From: an uncultured Eubacteriales bacterium
GTDB taxonomy: Bacteria; Bacillota; Clostridia; Christensenellales; CAG-138
DNA length: 64,000 nucleotides
Reading direction: 5' to 3'
NCBI GenBank assembly: GCA_902792295.1
Contig: CADAZC010000002.1
Location: 2,803 to 66,802, forward strand
The position numbers and the translations under genes are program-made. Position 1 is the first letter of the stretch. Each line of letters opens with the position of its first letter. Shown piece after piece: positions 35,763 to 44,310 of the stretch. The notes beneath the pieces were generated by a model, which had not been told where the DNA came from, did not search any database, and was given only the letters and a program-made list of their open reading frames with translations.

Positions 35763-36690
35763 CGTGAGCGACCGTCGTCGGCTTTTCGTCAAGGATGTGC
35801 GGATTGCGGAAGTACGTCTTGAACAGCTTGAACGAGGAGGCAAGGTAGAAGCCGTCGCAGATGCGCTCGTCGCATACGATGTTGTAGTCGATGTATTTCT
35901 TCTGCACCGGCGTGCCGTCCGGCTTCAGCTCGGTCTTCTTGTATTTTGCGCCGAACGAAAGGAACACCGGAATGTTGCCGAAGTCATAAAGGTGATGGAA
36001 GACAGGCGGAACGCCGAGGGAGCCCATCGAGGTGATGAACATCGAACCGTGGAACGGGCTGACCTCGATCAGCTTTTTCGGCAGCAGACCGAAATAGTCG
36101 AGCAGCTTCAAAAACCAGATTGCAAATTTCAGAACGAGACCGGGGATGTAGTTGAAGATCTTTGCCGTATTGTCGAAATTGCTGTCCGGGTTGACTTCCT
36201 TGTTTTCCTCGATCAGTTTTTGCAGTTTATAATAGATATCATCCGCCGTGTCGGTGGGCGTGAAGTGCATTTTGACGATGGTTTCCTCCGCCTCGAGCGT
36301 CATTTCCCGCTTGATGGTCAGATTCACAACGATATCGTCCCCGTGCGAGTAGACGCGCTGACCGGATAAAAACCGGTTCGCCTGCGGGCGCTGCGAAATC
36401 ACGCGGACGTACGCGGCAAGCAAAAGATGCATGAAACCGAAGTTCTTGAGCCCCTGATTCCTCTTTTTGCGGATGTAGTTTTCCGCTTCGGTGATTTCGA
36501 TCGACTCATGAAAATACACGCTTGCGCCCGAACGGTTGGGCATGATGTACGGCGAGACCTTGGACATCGGCTGCAGGGAACGAAGCCGATACCCGTCGGG
36601 ACGGTCGCCGAAACGGCGTTTTCTTTTCTTGGTTTGCGCAGGAACGGTTTCCGGCGTCGTTTCCGGAGTCTGCATGTTGTTTTCTTCCAT
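35752..36690 (-). CDS. Stand-alone 2-oxoacid dehydrogenase E2/CAT-like acyltransferase catalytic-domain protein
   Basis: I trimmed the ORF to ATG 36690 (SD GGGGGTACTT). The protein is 312 aa. The C-terminal signature is NIVCDERICDGFYLASSFKLFKTYF (compare DHRxxDG in E2 and HHAVCDGFH in CAT). It also has SMFITSMGSLGVPPVFHHL. There is no lipoyl or subunit-binding domain. Confidence 0.65.
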   Translation of the reverse strand: MEENNMQTPETTPETVPAQTKKRKRRFGDRPDGYRLRSLQPMSKVSPYIMPNRSGASVYFHESIEITEAENYIRKKRNQGLKNFGFMHLLLAAYVRVISQRPQANRFLSGQRVYSHGDDIVVNLTIKREMTLEAEETIVKMHFTPTDTADDIYYKLQKLIEENKEVNPDSNFDNTAKIFNYIPGLVLKFAIWFLKLLDYFGLLPKKLIEVSPFHGSMFITSMGSLGVPPVFHHLYDFGNIPVFLSFGAKYKKTELKPDGTPVQKKYIDYNIVCDERICDGFYLASSFKLFKTYFRNPHILDEKPTTVAHDVD

Positions 36691-36715
36691 AAGTACCCCC
36701 AATATGCCTTTTTGT

Positions 36716-36744
36716 ATTTTACCAAAAACGTTTCGGGTTGGCAA
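36716..36744 (-). promoter_or_regulatory. Sigma-A-type promoter candidate with extended -10 (TTGCCA-17-TAAAAT, TGg upstream) for the acyltransferase-like operon
   Basis: Minus-strand pattern about 25 nt upstream of ATG 36690. Confidence 0.5.
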
Positions 36745-36757
36745 GAGAAAAATGCGG

Positions 36758-36786
36758 TTGCAAAACGCCGTTCCGACCGGTATAAT
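36758..36786 (+). promoter_or_regulatory. Sigma-A-type promoter (TTGCAA-17-TATAAT) abutting the U32 peptidase start codon
   Basis: Near-consensus hexamers. The -10 ends 8 nt before ATG 36795, and there is no SD in between. Confidence 0.55.
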
Positions 36787-36794
36787 AAGTGCTG

Positions 36795-38840
36795 ATGAAC
36801 GGAAGAAACCCTGAAAATCCAGAAATACTTGCGCCTGTCGGCGCCGAGGGCTCGCTTGAAGCCGCCGTATACGCGGGGGCCGACGCGGTCTATTTCGGCG
36901 CGGGCGCATGCAACGCGCGCCGAAACGCCGGGCAGTTCACGGGCGAGCGCCTTATCGAGGCGGTTCGCTTCTGTCACGCGCACGGCGTTGCCGTGCATGT
37001 CACGGTCAATACGCTTGTGCGGGACGAGGAGCGCAGGGAAGTCGCCGACACGCTGAAAGAGATCGCCGCTTCCGGTGCGGATGCGATCATCGTGCAGGAT
37101 ATGACGGTCGCGCGGCTGGCACGGAAGATTTGTCCGGAACTGCAGCTGCACGGGTCTACGCAGATGGCGGTGCACAATGCTTCCGGCGTCAAAATGCTGG
37201 AGGAGCTCGGGTTTACACGCGCGGTCCTTGCGCGCGAGCTTTCGATCGACGAGATCCGTACAATTCGTGAGCAGACGAACATTGAGCTGGAATGCTTTAT
37301 TCACGGCGCGCTTTGCATGAGCGCGTCTGGCATCTGCTACCTTTCCGCCATGCTCGGGGAACGGAGCGGGAATCGCGGCATGTGCGCACAGCCATGCCGT
37401 CTGCCGTTTGTCTGCAACGGGTCGTCATACGCGCTTTCTCTGAAGGATATGTCGCACATTGCGCACTATCCCGTTTACCGCGAGATCGGCGTCTCCTCGC
37501 TGAAGATCGAGGGACGTCTGAAATCGCCGGAGTACGTTGCCGCGGCGGTCGACGCGGTGCGCCGCGTGCGCGACGGAGAGCCGTATTCCGAGCAGATGCT
37601 GCGCGACGTCTTTTCCCGCGGCGGGTTCACGGAGGGGTACTATACCGGCAAGCGCAACCACACGATGTTCGGCGTTCGCACGCAGGAGGACGCAAAGCGT
37701 TCGCAGGCGGTTCTCTCGGGAATTCGCGAACTGTATCGCGGCCCGAAGAGCACCGTTCCGGTCTCGATGCGGATCCGGATCGCTGCGGATCGGCCGGCGG
37801 CGCTGACGGTGACCGACGGAACGCATACGGTTTCCGTCACCGGCGAAACGCCGGAAATCGCGCTGCACACCGCGCTGAACGTTTCCTCCGTCGAAAAGAA
37901 CCTCAAAAAAACGGGCGGAACGCCGTTCTTCTGCGAATCCGTCTCCTGCGAACTGGACGACGGACTGATGCTTCCCGCATCCGCGCTGAATGCGCTGCGG
38001 CGAAATGCGCTGGACGCGCTGTACGAGGCGCGTGCGGCAATTCCGGATCGACGGGTCAAAGAACCCGATCTTTCGATCGCGGCCGAACCCAGAAAAGCGG
38101 AACCGAAACTTTGCGTGCGGTTTGCGTCGTTCGGGCAGTTCTCGCCGGATCCGAAGATCGCATGGTTTTCGCTTCCGATCGATGCGCTCCTTGCACATCC
38201 GGAATGTATTACCGACCGCACGGTCGGCGAGATCCCGATCCTCGTTTATCCGGACGAGGAGCCGCGCGTGGCGAAAACGCTCCGCGCATTGAAAGAAAAC
38301 GGACTTCAATACGCCCTTGCCGAGAACATCGGCGCGATCCGCATGGCAAGAGAGGCGGGGCTCGTTCCGGTCGGCGGGTACGGACTGAATGTGACCAACA
38401 GCGATGCGATCGAAGCGTATCATCAGATGGGCGTCGCCGCGCTGTTTGCGTCGTTCGAGCTTTCCGCGCCGAAGCTGCGCGATCTCGGAAGCGACATTCC
38501 GCTCGGCATGATCGTCGCGGGACGGCTGCCGCTGATGCAGCTGCGCTCGTGCCCCGCGCGAACCGACAAGGGGTGCGCGGCTTGCGACGGACGTCCCGTC
38601 GTGACCGACCGCAAGGGCGCGAGCTTTCCGCTGTATTGCAGGGAGCGCCGCTATTCCACGCTTCTGAACAGCGTGCCGCTGTATCTCTGCGACAAACAGC
38701 TTCCGCCGCTGGACTTTTATGCGGTCTATCTCACGACCGAAACGCAGGAGGAGGCGGTTTCGCTGATTCGCGCCGCGTTCGCCGGCGATCCGCCGCAGTC
38801 GCCGCATACCACGGGACTTGCATTCCGAAAGCTGTTGTAA
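36795..38840 (+). CDS. Peptidase U32 family protein (long, two-module form)
   Basis: About 681 aa. The N-terminus PEILAPVGAEGSLEAAVYAGADAVYFG is typical of U32. The Cys-rich segment reads ECFIHGALCMSASGICYLS...GNRGMCAQPCR, followed by a second U32-like half. GTG 36789 is an alternative start. Confidence 0.85.
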   Translation: MNGRNPENPEILAPVGAEGSLEAAVYAGADAVYFGAGACNARRNAGQFTGERLIEAVRFCHAHGVAVHVTVNTLVRDEERREVADTLKEIAASGADAIIVQDMTVARLARKICPELQLHGSTQMAVHNASGVKMLEELGFTRAVLARELSIDEIRTIREQTNIELECFIHGALCMSASGICYLSAMLGERSGNRGMCAQPCRLPFVCNGSSYALSLKDMSHIAHYPVYREIGVSSLKIEGRLKSPEYVAAAVDAVRRVRDGEPYSEQMLRDVFSRGGFTEGYYTGKRNHTMFGVRTQEDAKRSQAVLSGIRELYRGPKSTVPVSMRIRIAADRPAALTVTDGTHTVSVTGETPEIALHTALNVSSVEKNLKKTGGTPFFCESVSCELDDGLMLPASALNALRRNALDALYEARAAIPDRRVKEPDLSIAAEPRKAEPKLCVRFASFGQFSPDPKIAWFSLPIDALLAHPECITDRTVGEIPILVYPDEEPRVAKTLRALKENGLQYALAENIGAIRMAREAGLVPVGGYGLNVTNSDAIEAYHQMGVAALFASFELSAPKLRDLGSDIPLGMIVAGRLPLMQLRSCPARTDKGCAACDGRPVVTDRKGASFPLYCRERRYSTLLNSVPLYLCDKQLPPLDFYAVYLTTETQEEAVSLIRAAFAGDPPQSPHTTGLAFRKLL

Positions 38841-38854
38841 AACCGAAACCAATT

Positions 38855-38888
38855 ACGCCGTTCGACGGAACTCGTCGGGCGGCGTTTT
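38855..38888 (+). terminator. Intrinsic terminator after the U32 gene
   Basis: ACGCCGTTCGACggaactGTCGGGCGGCGTTTT: a 12-bp stem including two G-U pairs, followed by a T-run. Confidence 0.65.
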
Positions 38889-38915
38889 CATATCCGCGTG
38901 ATTCCATGCATAGAG
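38888..38915 (+). promoter_or_regulatory. Candidate sigma-E-type promoter for the spoIIIA operon
   Basis: TCATATC, then 14 nt, then CATAGAGA. This resembles the B. subtilis sigma-E consensus as I recall it (ATAtt-type -35, CATAcA-T -10). spoIIIA is sigma-E dependent in B. subtilis. This is a pattern match only. Confidence 0.35.
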
Positions 38916-38936
38916 ATGAAACCGGGAGGGACGAGC

Positions 38937-39860
38937 ATGGAACACTGGAAAAAACAATGGATGCCGATGCTGCCGAAAAGCGTTGCCGAGGTATTGGAAC
39001 GTCTGGACGACGACGCGCCGCTTCTGGAGATCCGTCTCAGACGCGACATGCCGCTGGAGCTTGTGTTCGACGGTTCCGACCGGATCGTGTTTGGCAACAA
39101 CGGGGCGCCGATGATCACGGCGGAGGAGCTGCGCTCGCTGACCGTGCGGCTCACGGAGTTCTCGGCGTATGCGTGGGAGAACGAGCGGAGGGACGGATTC
39201 ATCACGGTCGGCGGCTGCCGCGTCGGTCTGTCCGGCAGAATGGTGCGAACGGAGGGAAACGTGCTCGGCTTTTCGACGGTTTCCGGCGTCTGCATCCGCA
39301 TCGTGCGCGAGGTGAAAGACTGCGCGAAGCCGCTGCTGAAGTATCTTACGGAGGGCGGGCGCTTTCTTTCCGCGCTGCTCATTTCTCCGCCGGGATGCGG
39401 CAAGACGACGATGCTGAGGGATCTGATCCGCATCAATTCCGACGGACTGTACGGCGTGCGTGCATCCCGCGTCGGCGTCGCGGACGAGCGCTTTGAGCTT
39501 TCCGGCGACGCATCCGGCTGCATCGCGTTCGATCTCGGGATGCGTACGGACGTCATTTCCGGCATTACGAAGGCGGACGCAATGGTCCGGATTGTTTCCA
39601 CGCTTTCCCCGGATATCCTTGCGATGGATGAGCTGAACGACGAAAAGGACGCCGCGGCGCTGCTCGATTCGCGCGGGAAAGGCGTTACGGTCCTCGCAAC
39701 CGCGCACGGCGCATCCGTTCGGGAGCTTCGTATGCGTCCGGCGATCCGTATGCTGCTCTCGGAAGGCGTATTCAAACGAATCGTGATCCTGCACGGCATC
39801 GGACGGTGCCGCGCGGTCTGCGATGAGAAGGAAAACCGTCTTGACGGTTCGGAAACGTGA
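38937..39860 (+). CDS. spoIIIAA: Stage III sporulation protein AA (secretion-type ATPase)
   Basis: ATG 38937 has the SD GGGAGGG. Walker A is LISPPGCGKTTMLRD and Walker B is ILAMDEL. It is the first gene of an eight-gene spoIIIA-ordered cluster. Confidence 0.88.
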   Translation: MEHWKKQWMPMLPKSVAEVLERLDDDAPLLEIRLRRDMPLELVFDGSDRIVFGNNGAPMITAEELRSLTVRLTEFSAYAWENERRDGFITVGGCRVGLSGRMVRTEGNVLGFSTVSGVCIRIVREVKDCAKPLLKYLTEGGRFLSALLISPPGCGKTTMLRDLIRINSDGLYGVRASRVGVADERFELSGDASGCIAFDLGMRTDVISGITKADAMVRIVSTLSPDILAMDELNDEKDAAALLDSRGKGVTVLATAHGASVRELRMRPAIRMLLSEGVFKRIVILHGIGRCRAVCDEKENRLDGSET

Positions 39861-40339
39861 AGACCGTCGGGATCGCCCTGCTCTTCGGGCTGTGCGCGCT
39901 GATCGGCGTCCGTCTCGGCGCAAAGAAAACGGCGCGTCTGAAAACCGTTCGGTCGCTTCGGAGCGATCTGCAGCTGTTTTCGGAACGGATCGCCGCCGGT
40001 TCGAGCTCGCTTCCGACGCTTGCGGCGGAGCGGGATGGCTTGTTTTCCGAACTGCTGCAAAGCTACCTCGACGCGCTGTCGCAGGGGTATACGGAGGTCG
40101 ACGCGGCGGAACAGGCATGCGAACGCCTGCAAGGGCAGGAAACGGTGCGCGCGGGGCTGCGGCAGTTTCTTTCGGGATTGTCCTCCGCGGCGCGGAGCGA
40201 CCTTGTCAGACGGACGCAGCTTTTGTCGTCCGTACTCGACCGCGCCGAAACCGAAGCGGAGGCGGAAGCAAGACAGGCGCGGGTAATAAAGGTCTCCGGT
40301 GTGCTTGCGGGCACGGGGCTGGCGATCCTTTTGTGGTAG
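39857..40339 (+). CDS. spoIIIAB: Stage III sporulation protein AB
   Basis: 160 aa with an N-terminal TM segment (VGIALLFGLCALIGVRLG), a helical body and a C-terminal TM segment. Position and size match SpoIIIAB. Confidence 0.8.
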   Translation: MKTVGIALLFGLCALIGVRLGAKKTARLKTVRSLRSDLQLFSERIAAGSSSLPTLAAERDGLFSELLQSYLDALSQGYTEVDAAEQACERLQGQETVRAGLRQFLSGLSSAARSDLVRRTQLLSSVLDRAETEAEAEARQARVIKVSGVLAGTGLAILLW

Positions 40340-40346
40340 AAACGAT

Positions 40347-40544
40347 ATGGATGTGAATCTTCTTTTCAAAATCGCCGGTATCGGCATTCTGGTGGCGGTG
40401 ATCGTTCAGCTGCTCCGGCAGAACGGCAGGGAGGAGCTTGCGACGGTCGCCGCGATCGCGGGGCTGGTGCTTGCCATGATGCTCGTTCTCTCTATGATCG
40501 GCTCGCTGCTGGAAACCGTGCGGCACACGTTCTCCCTGTACTGA
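40347..40544 (+). CDS. spoIIIAC: Stage III sporulation protein AC
   Basis: 65 aa with two TM segments: MDVNLLFKIAGIGILVAVIVQLLRQNGREE. Confidence 0.85.
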   Translation: MDVNLLFKIAGIGILVAVIVQLLRQNGREELATVAAIAGLVLAMMLVLSMIGSLLETVRHTFSLY

Positions 40545-40545
40545 A

Positions 40546-40938
40546 ATGGAAAAGCTGGTTCTGATCGCCTTGATCGGCGCCGTTACGGCGTATGAAATGC
40601 GTACCGTGCGGCAGGAATACGCGGTTCTGATCGGCGGCGCGACGGCAGTTCTGCTTCTTGCGGAATGCATCGTCCGCTTTACGGGCGTTGCGGAAGCGTT
40701 CGGCGGCATCTGCGCGGAGTATCGGATCCCGACCGCCATGCTCGGCTCGGTGGTAAAGATCCTCGGCATCGCATATCTTACGGAGTTCGGCGTGAACATT
40801 TCAAGGGATGCGGGGCAGAACGCCGTTGCAGGCACGCTTGAGATCGGCGGCAGGATCCTGATCCTCTCCTGCGCGCTGCCTGCGGCCGTGACGCTGCTTG
40901 AAACCGGCGCGTCTCTGATCCGGGAGGCGGCGCCGTGA
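40546..40938 (+). CDS. spoIIIAD: Stage III sporulation protein AD
   Basis: 130 aa with four TM segments: KILGIAYLTEFGVNISRDAGQNAVAGTLEIGGRILIL. Confidence 0.85.
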   Translation: MEKLVLIALIGAVTAYEMRTVRQEYAVLIGGATAVLLLAECIVRFTGVAEAFGGICAEYRIPTAMLGSVVKILGIAYLTEFGVNISRDAGQNAVAGTLEIGGRILILSCALPAAVTLLETGASLIREAAP

Positions 40939-42050
40939 GAAAAGCCGTTATTGCAATTCTTATTCTGCTGACGCCGATGATCCTGTACGCGGAGACGGAC
41001 GAAATGCAGGACGGAGTCGACGCGCTGCTGGAAACGATCGACCTGAAGGAATGGGACGCTTGGTTTCGGCAGAACGGCGGGGACGGTGCACTTTTGCCGT
41101 CCGAACTGTTGAAACAGCTCGCCGAAACGCAGTCGTCCGTGACCGATGTGAAGCCGGACCGGATTCTTTCGCGCATGCTTCCCTCCCTGAAATCCGCGCT
41201 TGCAAAGGCGGCGCTTCTTTTGGGGCTTGCCGTTCTCGGCGCTTCGGTGCGGGGCGTTTCCGAAGCGTCGCCCGTTGCGCAGACGGCGCAGACCGCGTTC
41301 AAAATCTGCGCCGCGGCAGCGGTTCTGATCCTTGCGCTGGCGGAAATTCACGGCGCGGTCCGCTCGGTTTCGAATACGGAGCGCACGGCGGAACTGTTTT
41401 TGCCTGCGATCGTCGGCTTTCTGTCGCTTTGCGGACTGGAAAATACGGCGCTTTTGCTGCCCGCGTCCTATACGCTGCTTTCGGACATTGTGCTGAAGCT
41501 GACGGAAACGTGCGTCATGCCGACGGCGATCGTCGGAGGCGTGCTGCTCGCGCTGGACGCAGGCGGCGCCGGACGGCTTGCGTCGATCGGAAAACTGCTG
41601 CAAAGAGCCGCCAAATGGATTCTCGCGACATCCTGCTCGTTTTATCTGGTCGTTACGGCGTTACGGTCGGTCGCTGCGGGCAGTGCGGACGGACTGCTGC
41701 TGAAGACGACAAAGTTCGCGGCGGGCAGCATACCGTCGATCGGCTCGCTTCTCTCCGAATCGGTCGACACGGCGTTCCGGTGCATGCACTTTGTCCGGAA
41801 CGCTTTGGGACTCACCGGATGCGTCGTTCTGCTTATGCTTGCGCTGAAACCGGTGGTGTCGATCGCACTGACGCGCGGCTGTCTGCGCGCGTCGTCGCTG
41901 CTGTCCGAGCCGTTGTCCGGCAAGCCGTATGCGGACCTTTTGCGGGGTATGGGGGACACCCTGCATATCCTGATGCTGTGCGAACTTGCCGCGCTTGCCA
42001 TGTCGCTCGTCATGCTTGCGCCGGTCTTTTATGCGGGAGGGACGATGTGA
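40935..42050 (+). CDS. spoIIIAE: Stage III sporulation protein AE
   Basis: 371 aa with a signal sequence and about 7 TM segments, in the expected operon position. Confidence 0.85.
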   Translation: MRKAVIAILILLTPMILYAETDEMQDGVDALLETIDLKEWDAWFRQNGGDGALLPSELLKQLAETQSSVTDVKPDRILSRMLPSLKSALAKAALLLGLAVLGASVRGVSEASPVAQTAQTAFKICAAAAVLILALAEIHGAVRSVSNTERTAELFLPAIVGFLSLCGLENTALLLPASYTLLSDIVLKLTETCVMPTAIVGGVLLALDAGGAGRLASIGKLLQRAAKWILATSCSFYLVVTALRSVAAGSADGLLLKTTKFAAGSIPSIGSLLSESVDTAFRCMHFVRNALGLTGCVVLLMLALKPVVSIALTRGCLRASSLLSEPLSGKPYADLLRGMGDTLHILMLCELAALAMSLVMLAPVFYAGGTM

Positions 42051-42214
42051 ACGGGATCGTCAGGGCGGCGCTGACGCTCGCTTCGTTCGGGCTGATCCTT
42101 GCGCTGTGCGAACTGATCCTGCCGCGATCCGGGGTAAAAAAGGCGGCGGAAGCGGCGATCGGACTGCTGTTTCTGGAACTGCTTGCGGAACAGATCACAG
42201 GCATATTGCAATGA
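42047..42214 (+). CDS. spoIIIAF: Stage III sporulation protein AF, minimal 55-aa membrane form
   Basis: GTG 42047 follows GGGAGGGACGAT and overlaps the spoIIIAE stop. VNGIVRAALTLASFGLILALCELILPRSGVKKAAEAAIGLLFLELLAEQ aligns with the two N-terminal TM helices of B. subtilis SpoIIIAF (..IVIDMLLPSSSMQKYAKMVVSLLLI..). There is no soluble domain. The ORF is below the track cutoff. Confidence 0.6.
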   Translation: MNGIVRAALTLASFGLILALCELILPRSGVKKAAEAAIGLLFLELLAEQITGILQ

Positions 42215-42227
42215 AAGGGGGACTATA

Positions 42228-42824
42228 ATGCACAAGAAGGACGGCGGGACCGTGGCTTCATGGTGGAAGGCACAGGTAAAAAAGAACCCCGTACTCACAT
42301 ATGTGCTCTATGCGGCCGTCGGGCTTCTTGCCGTCCTTTTCTATCTGTTCGGAAGCGGGATCCGTTGCGGCGGAACGACCGCGAATGTGCCGAAGGAGAC
42401 CGATACGACGGGGGAGCGGACAGGTGAGCGCGACGCTTTGGAGCAGCGGCTGATCAACGTGCTTTCAAAGATTCGCGGAGCGGGCAGGGTGGATGTGCTC
42501 GTAACGTACGAGACGAACGGGGAGATCGTCACCGCGACCGTGCGGCAGACCGATGAGGACGTGCGAAACGCGGACGGTACGGGCGGAAGCGAGACCTCGC
42601 GTTCGGTGCGCGAGGTCACCGAGCCCGCGACGATCGAAACAGAGAAAGGACATGCGCCGATCGTGCTGTACGAAAAGGAGCCCGTGATCCGCGGCGTGAT
42701 CGTCGTTGCGGAAGGCGCGTCGGACTTTTCGGTGCGGCAGAAGCTTCAGGCGGCGGTCCACGTTGCCACGGGGATTCCGATCGACCGGATCGAAGTGCTG
42801 GAAATGTCCTATACGGAACCGTAA
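42228..42824 (+). CDS. spoIIIAG: Stage III sporulation protein AG
   Basis: ATG 42228 has the SD AAAGGGGGA. An N-terminal TM segment is followed by a ring-building domain with VDVLVTYE and PVIRGVIVVAEGA. Confidence 0.85.
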   Translation: MHKKDGGTVASWWKAQVKKNPVLTYVLYAAVGLLAVLFYLFGSGIRCGGTTANVPKETDTTGERTGERDALEQRLINVLSKIRGAGRVDVLVTYETNGEIVTATVRQTDEDVRNADGTGGSETSRSVREVTEPATIETEKGHAPIVLYEKEPVIRGVIVVAEGASDFSVRQKLQAAVHVATGIPIDRIEVLEMSYTEP

Positions 42825-42851
42825 TTCAACACATCAAGCAGGAGGAAAACA

Positions 42852-43391
42852 ATGAAAGACTTCATGAAACGCTACGGGAAATGGCTGAACAAACGCGTAC
42901 TGACGGCGGTCGGACTGTGTCTGCTGCTTGTCGCGGCGGTGGTAACGAACATTCTGGTCAATCGCGGCAAAGAAACGGCGAAGGAATCCGGCGCGCAGAA
43001 GCCGTCCGAGGTCACGCAGGTATCTGCGCAGGGCGTTGCGCAGGGCGCAGGGTTCTTTGCATCCTATCGCGAGGAACGCGACGTTACCCGCACACAGGAG
43101 CTTGCGTATCTGGATGCGATCGTTGCGCAGGGCGCGGACACGGAAACGCTTTCCGACGCGCAGCGGCAGAAGCTGGAACTTGTGAACGCGATGGAAACCG
43201 AGCTTACGGTGGAAAACCTGATCCGCGCGAAGGGGTTTGCGGACGTCATCGTGTCGATCCATAAGGGAAACGTCAACGTTGTGGTCGGCGCGGATGCGCT
43301 GAATGATGAACAGGTTGCGCAGATTCTGGATATTGTCCTGAGGGAAACGGGGAAGAGTGCGGAGAATGTGAAGATCAGCACGACGCTTTGA
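42852..43391 (+). CDS. spoIIIAH: Stage III sporulation protein AH
   Basis: 179 aa with an N-terminal TM segment. The YscJ/FliF-like C-terminal domain reads ENLIRAKGFADVIVSIHKGNVNVVV. It is the last gene of the cluster. Confidence 0.85.
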   Translation: MKDFMKRYGKWLNKRVLTAVGLCLLLVAAVVTNILVNRGKETAKESGAQKPSEVTQVSAQGVAQGAGFFASYREERDVTRTQELAYLDAIVAQGADTETLSDAQRQKLELVNAMETELTVENLIRAKGFADVIVSIHKGNVNVVVGADALNDEQVAQILDIVLRETGKSAENVKISTTL

Positions 43392-43413
43392 CGGCGAAAT
43401 CGCTTTCATGGGT

Positions 43414-43442
43414 TTACTTTTTGTGAGAAAGATGGTATACTA
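43414..43442 (+). promoter_or_regulatory. Sigma-A-type promoter candidate (TTTACT-17-TATACT, TGg extended) upstream of asp23
   Basis: Sequence pattern about 40 nt upstream of ATG 43482. Confidence 0.45.
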
Positions 43443-43481
43443 CCTCCGTATATAGTAATTGAAAGCTCAGGAGGAACTTTT

Positions 43482-43895
43482 ATGAGCGAATATAAGAACA
43501 TTACCATCGAATCCGAAGAAAACGACGGAAAGATCGTATTTGCAGAGGACGTCGTTGCAACGATCGCAACGCTGGCAGCCGCAGAGGTGGACGGCGTTTA
43601 CGGGATGAGTGGTTCCGCATTTGAAGGAATCGGCGAAAAACTCGGCAAGAAGAACTATACGAAGGGCATTAAGGTTGAGATCGGCGCGGTGGAATGCGCG
43701 GTCGATATGAGCATCATCGTTCGTTACGGATTCCGCATTCAGGAAGTCTGCAAGAACGTACAGGAAGCTGTCAGGAACGCAATCGAAACCATGACGGGGC
43801 TCAAGGTCGTTCAGGTCAACATCGCGGTCAATTCGATCGTCTTTGCCAAAGAGACGCCTGTGGAACTTCCGAAACCGGAGAACCGCGTAAAGTGA
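43482..43895 (+). CDS. Asp23/Gls24 family envelope stress (alkaline shock) protein
   Basis: 137 aa: GKIVFAEDVVATIATLAAAEVDGVYGM...GIKVEIG..ECAVDMSIIVRYG. It occupies the same position as B. subtilis yqhY, upstream of nusB. Confidence 0.88.
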   Translation: MSEYKNITIESEENDGKIVFAEDVVATIATLAAAEVDGVYGMSGSAFEGIGEKLGKKNYTKGIKVEIGAVECAVDMSIIVRYGFRIQEVCKNVQEAVRNAIETMTGLKVVQVNIAVNSIVFAKETPVELPKPENRVK

Positions 43896-43963
43896 TTCCG
43901 CTGCCGGAGGCGACTCCGGTGCTATGCGGACAAGCCCGACAGAACGGCAAGATCGGAGAACGT

Positions 43964-44284
43964 ATGAGTTTCAGAAAATCCGCTTTGCTTGAAAGAACCG
44001 CGCTCGGCGAAACGCATGTATCGTTTTCGACGCTTGCGCAGATCGCGGAGTGTACCGCAAAGAGCAGAAGCGAAGTCAAAAGCTGTAAAACAAAAGTCCG
44101 AGCAGTCGGAAACGACGTTAAAATCGAAGTGCGCGTCGTGACCGCGCCGACGGTCTCTCTGCTGGAGATGACGCACACGCTTCAGGATGAAATCGACGCC
44201 GCGATCCTTTCGTTTTGCGGAACGAAAGTCGGTCGCGTTGACGTAACCGTCGATCAGGCGGAGATTCCGCCGAAGAGAACGTAA
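43964..44284 (+). CDS. Asp23-family related small protein
   Basis: I trimmed ORF 43694..44284 to ATG 43964. The protein is 106 aa: HVSFSTLAQIAECTAKSRSEVKSCKTKV...VKIEVRVV....SLLEMTHTLQDEI, with the Asp23-like beta/alpha pattern. Confidence 0.6.
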   Translation: MSFRKSALLERTALGETHVSFSTLAQIAECTAKSRSEVKSCKTKVRAVGNDVKIEVRVVTAPTVSLLEMTHTLQDEIDAAILSFCGTKVGRVDVTVDQAEIPPKRT

Positions 44285-44310
44285 ACGAACGGGACGGAGG
44301 TTGGATCGAT

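Noticed and set aside
42047-42228. The possibility that the short spoIIIAF is a frameshifted pseudogene.
   Set aside because: Only 13 nt separate its stop from the spoIIIAG start, and no other frame in 42000-42300 encodes AF-like sequence. The domain is therefore absent rather than frameshifted. It is reported as a finding instead.
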